Assembly: GCA_001949185.1 (NCBI GenBank)
Contig: BDGG01000009.1
Location: 1,167,624 to 1,231,623, forward strand
DNA from: Ramazzottius varieornatus
Lineage: Eukaryota > Animalia > Tardigrada
Direction of reading: 5' to 3'
Length of the DNA stretch: 64,000 bases
This document shows positions 61,223 through 64,000 of the stretch, piece after piece. Positions within the stretch are counted from its first letter, which is position 1, and each line of letters begins with the position of its first letter. The notes beneath the pieces are model-generated. The model saw only the letters and a program-made list of their open reading frames with translations, did no database searches and was not told the origin of the DNA. The position numbers and the translations under genes were made by a program.

Positions 61223-64000
61223 ATGGAGTCTGATGGGGAGCCCACTACCTTCGACAAGGCAGCCCCATTCAAAGAGGCCAAAAGCGGCTCTTCGCCGAAC
61301 ATGTCCCCTCTTCAGACTGTGGAGAACAACGAGGCGCCCACAGTGGACGGGGACGACAACAATATCCATGACGTTGAAAAGTCCATCACGGTAGTAAAGC
61401 TGGACGACGGTCCAAAAGCTAGCTTTGAATTTGGACTGCTTGAAGCCGATATGGTTCGTACCAGCTATTCTTTGAGCTCTCCTGCCACGACGGAAGAATC
61501 ACCCATGGATGTGGAAGCGACGACGGCAACGCGTGAACCTCATAGTTCCGTCATCGTGCCGCTGTCTTCGGTTATGACAGCACGCTCGGATCGTTCAGCG
61601 TCGGTGCAGAGTGTTGGAAGCTGCGAACGAGAAGCAAGCCCTACTCCTTCCCGTAGAAGAAGCACTCGACGACGAACGGAACGCTCGTATGCTCAGAAGT
61701 GAGCTGAGTCAGATTATGCGAACTTATACCGTGAGTCTGATCCACCCATAATATATTATGTGGTGTTTTGACAGAGGTGAAGACGAGCACGAGGAAGATC
61801 ATCACGACGGCCTCTCTGGACGTGTGTCTTCGGAAAAGTCTGCTCATCCATCAGAGGCATCACATTCCAGCAAGAAGCTTTCTCAAGGATTGAAGCATCT
61901 TAACATCGTTCGACAATCCAATCCCAATCTTAATACGGTAAGCAACATATGCAATTCCGCTCGAACGCTAATTCAATTGGCGCATCCTTTCGTTCTAATT
62001 GGCTGTGAGTATGTGCCACTTGGCAAGACGATCTGGGTGAAATCATTTGACGATGTCCTGAATAGTCACAATTGTACCAGAAGTATCACAGCATATTCCT
62101 CCTATCTTGACGTCGTGGAGGGAGTACACAATGGTTTTCTATTGCAGTGTTGGGACGCTTTCTGCTGGCGTTGCCACAAGAATGTTCCTTTAGCGGAGCA
62201 GCATGGATGTCCCAGCTGCGAGCGTTGTTTTCACGACAGTTGCTGGTGGAATGAATCGCCGTATGCCGGTAGCAAGGACCACGGTGCCGAAGCACCCAGT
62301 ACGTCTCCTCTGATGGACAACGAAAACGTTGTGGCGGAAGGGGACGAAAGCAGAGACGAAATGGGAAAGCCGTCCGAATGTGTCGAATGCTTCGTTAGTA
62401 CAATCCATACAGTCCTTATGTCTCGTATGTTCAAATTCGTTTTGAACTGTTTCTGCTCTTGTAGTCGATGCTGGATGAAAGCAAGAAGGGTGACAGCCCC
62501 TACAACCTTCTTGGTCCTGGAAAGTTCAAAGAAATACTGTTGTACATGATGCGCTTTGTCGACGAGCATCTTCAACCGGTGAGTCTCGATTACTTGAGCG
62601 AATAGTAAAAGAGCTGCTCATTCTCCTGGCCGATGTTTTATTTGTCTTTTTTCCTTACTCATAGGATCGTGTAAGACCTTTTGCCATTCCCGTCCTGGAA
62701 CAGGACGAATGCACGCCTGTCGTGAAAGCAAAATACGCTGAGGTAATCACTCACCCTATGGATCTTCGACAAATCACAAAGGTAGGCAAGCGGAAGTTAC
62801 GATAAGGAATTCCCAATGAAGGTTAATTAGGTCCTTCATTCTATCTGAAGAACATAAAGGAGGGGAAATACAGCACAACAGCCAGCTTTGTGGCTGATCT
62901 CCGTTGGATCCTGCACAACACCACCATTTTCAATGGCCGTAAGTGCCTGCATGAAAACGATGTCTTTTTGTTTTTGATTTTATAAGAGTTTTGGTGATTC
63001 TTTTTGTAGAGAACAATCGATATACTCGGTCGGCCGTCTACATTGTAGACACGTGTCAGAACCTGTGTTGCAGCTTAGAATGGTGCCCCGAGTGTTTCCT
63101 GAGACAAATGCCCACAGCTAGTGACAACGGAGTGTCGGAAGCCCTGGAACGAGGCATGATTACGCCCTGTTCGAATCCGCACGCCGTCGTCTGGGTCAAA
63201 GCCGAAAAGTTCCCACTATGGCCGGCCATAGTCTACAGATTCAATGGCGGAACAGCCGACGTTCGTTTCTTCGGGGCTTTCGAGTTGTGAGTTTCTTGTT
63301 CCAACTTCCGGTCGTCGTCCAACTAACCGTACCAGACAGGTTATCAATCAAAAAGATGGTTATCTCTCTTTCCTTTCTCAGTGGCACATTCCCAAAGGAA
63401 GCAATTTACCTCTTCAGCAAGAACCCCGTGACGGACAGACGGAAGGGCAAACTCAAGATCGAATATGAAAACGCACTGCGGCAATTCCGGTATGACGACC
63501 ACGAATTGGTTTCAAACCGACTGTGAAACTTATTCATATCTGTCTTTATATGAGTGTTCTGTGCTTGGTAGTCGGCAGACAACCTGGACCAGGTCGTGTT
63601 CCCAAGAGGCGCACGTTTCCAGTGGGAATGGCTAGAGGCATGCGCCACTTGGGAGAACGATCCAAGGATGAGTTCATTTGCCGAGCTCCCATTCGACGAC
63701 ATTTATTAGCACATTTAGACGTTTGGTGTTTTTGTTATAGGCTTCACATAGCCAAGCTTCGAGTGATGAGCACGAAGCAGGTGGTAAGCTATCCGAAGAA
63801 GACACCTTACGACGGTCGTTTGTGGATGTTTCCTGAGGACGAAGACGGCTTACCCTCGCATTCCGAGCTACCTCATTCTGGGGAAGACGAGAACGAAGCT
63901 GTGTCGGTTACGGGGGATGACGCGGCGATAGAGACCGATAACCATCCGCCCAATACCGATGTCTACGACTACACTGAAGAGAAAGCCTCGGACAGCGCTC
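61223..64000 (+). CDS. ZMYND8: ZMYND8/PRKCBP1-like PHD-bromo-PWWP chromatin reader (3' end runs off the window)
   Basis: DAFCWRCH..CPSCERCFHDSC, ITHPMDL..FVADLRWILHN, CPECF, PCSNPHAVVWVKAEKFPLWPA..DVRFFG. Confidence 0.9.
61940..62059. repeat. Family A copy, 1 unit, ZMYND8 intron
   Basis: ATTGGCGCA..TGTGCCACTTGG..GATCTGGGTGA. Confidence 0.75.
63567..63690. repeat. Family A copy, 1 unit, ZMYND8 intron
   Basis: CAAGAGGCGCA-N27-TGCGCCACTTG ... TTTGCCGAGCTCCC. Confidence 0.9.

Noticed and set aside
1-63690. Family A repeat-spacer units as a CRISPR array
   Set aside because: Eukaryotic intronic context, only 1-3 units per locus, inverted rather than direct repeats, spacers homologous to each other, no cas genes.
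3619-63702. Many short ORFs sharing peptides such as KWRT, SGAR, APLGK, CAT
   Set aside because: They are translations of the family A arm in different frames within introns, not a protein family.

Overview
Gene-dense animal genomic DNA with many short (about 50-110 nt) GT-AG introns and near-balanced GC by eye. This architecture is compatible with a tardigrade-like compact genome, but that is inference only. Recognisable spliced genes, left to right: MOB3 (partial), an unknown Pro/Arg-rich gene, an SLC12A8-like transporter, a UBE2Z-like pseudogene, MICOS MIC26/27, a short glucosidase-II-beta-like gene, ZC2HC1, MTMR9, Hey, a SOGA/MTCL coiled-coil gene, prolyl endopeptidase, TRAM and ZMYND8 (partial). 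Mobile DNA comprises a decayed pogo/Tigger element, a PIF/Harbinger element (intact Myb/SANT gene; nuclease broken by a cecropia-type mariner) and two TA-flanked MITE families. The most striking unexplained structure is a family of about 32 modular palindromic elements, roughly one per 2 kb and mostly intronic. They are built from a 49-bp unit CAAGTGGCGCA-N27-TGCGCCACTTG repeated at about 82 bp inside outer inverted arms. Spacer length stays fixed while spacer sequence drifts, the arms show paired substitutions, and the segments between arms occur in independently flipped orientations. All coordinates and counts were read by eye; exon boundaries are approximate.
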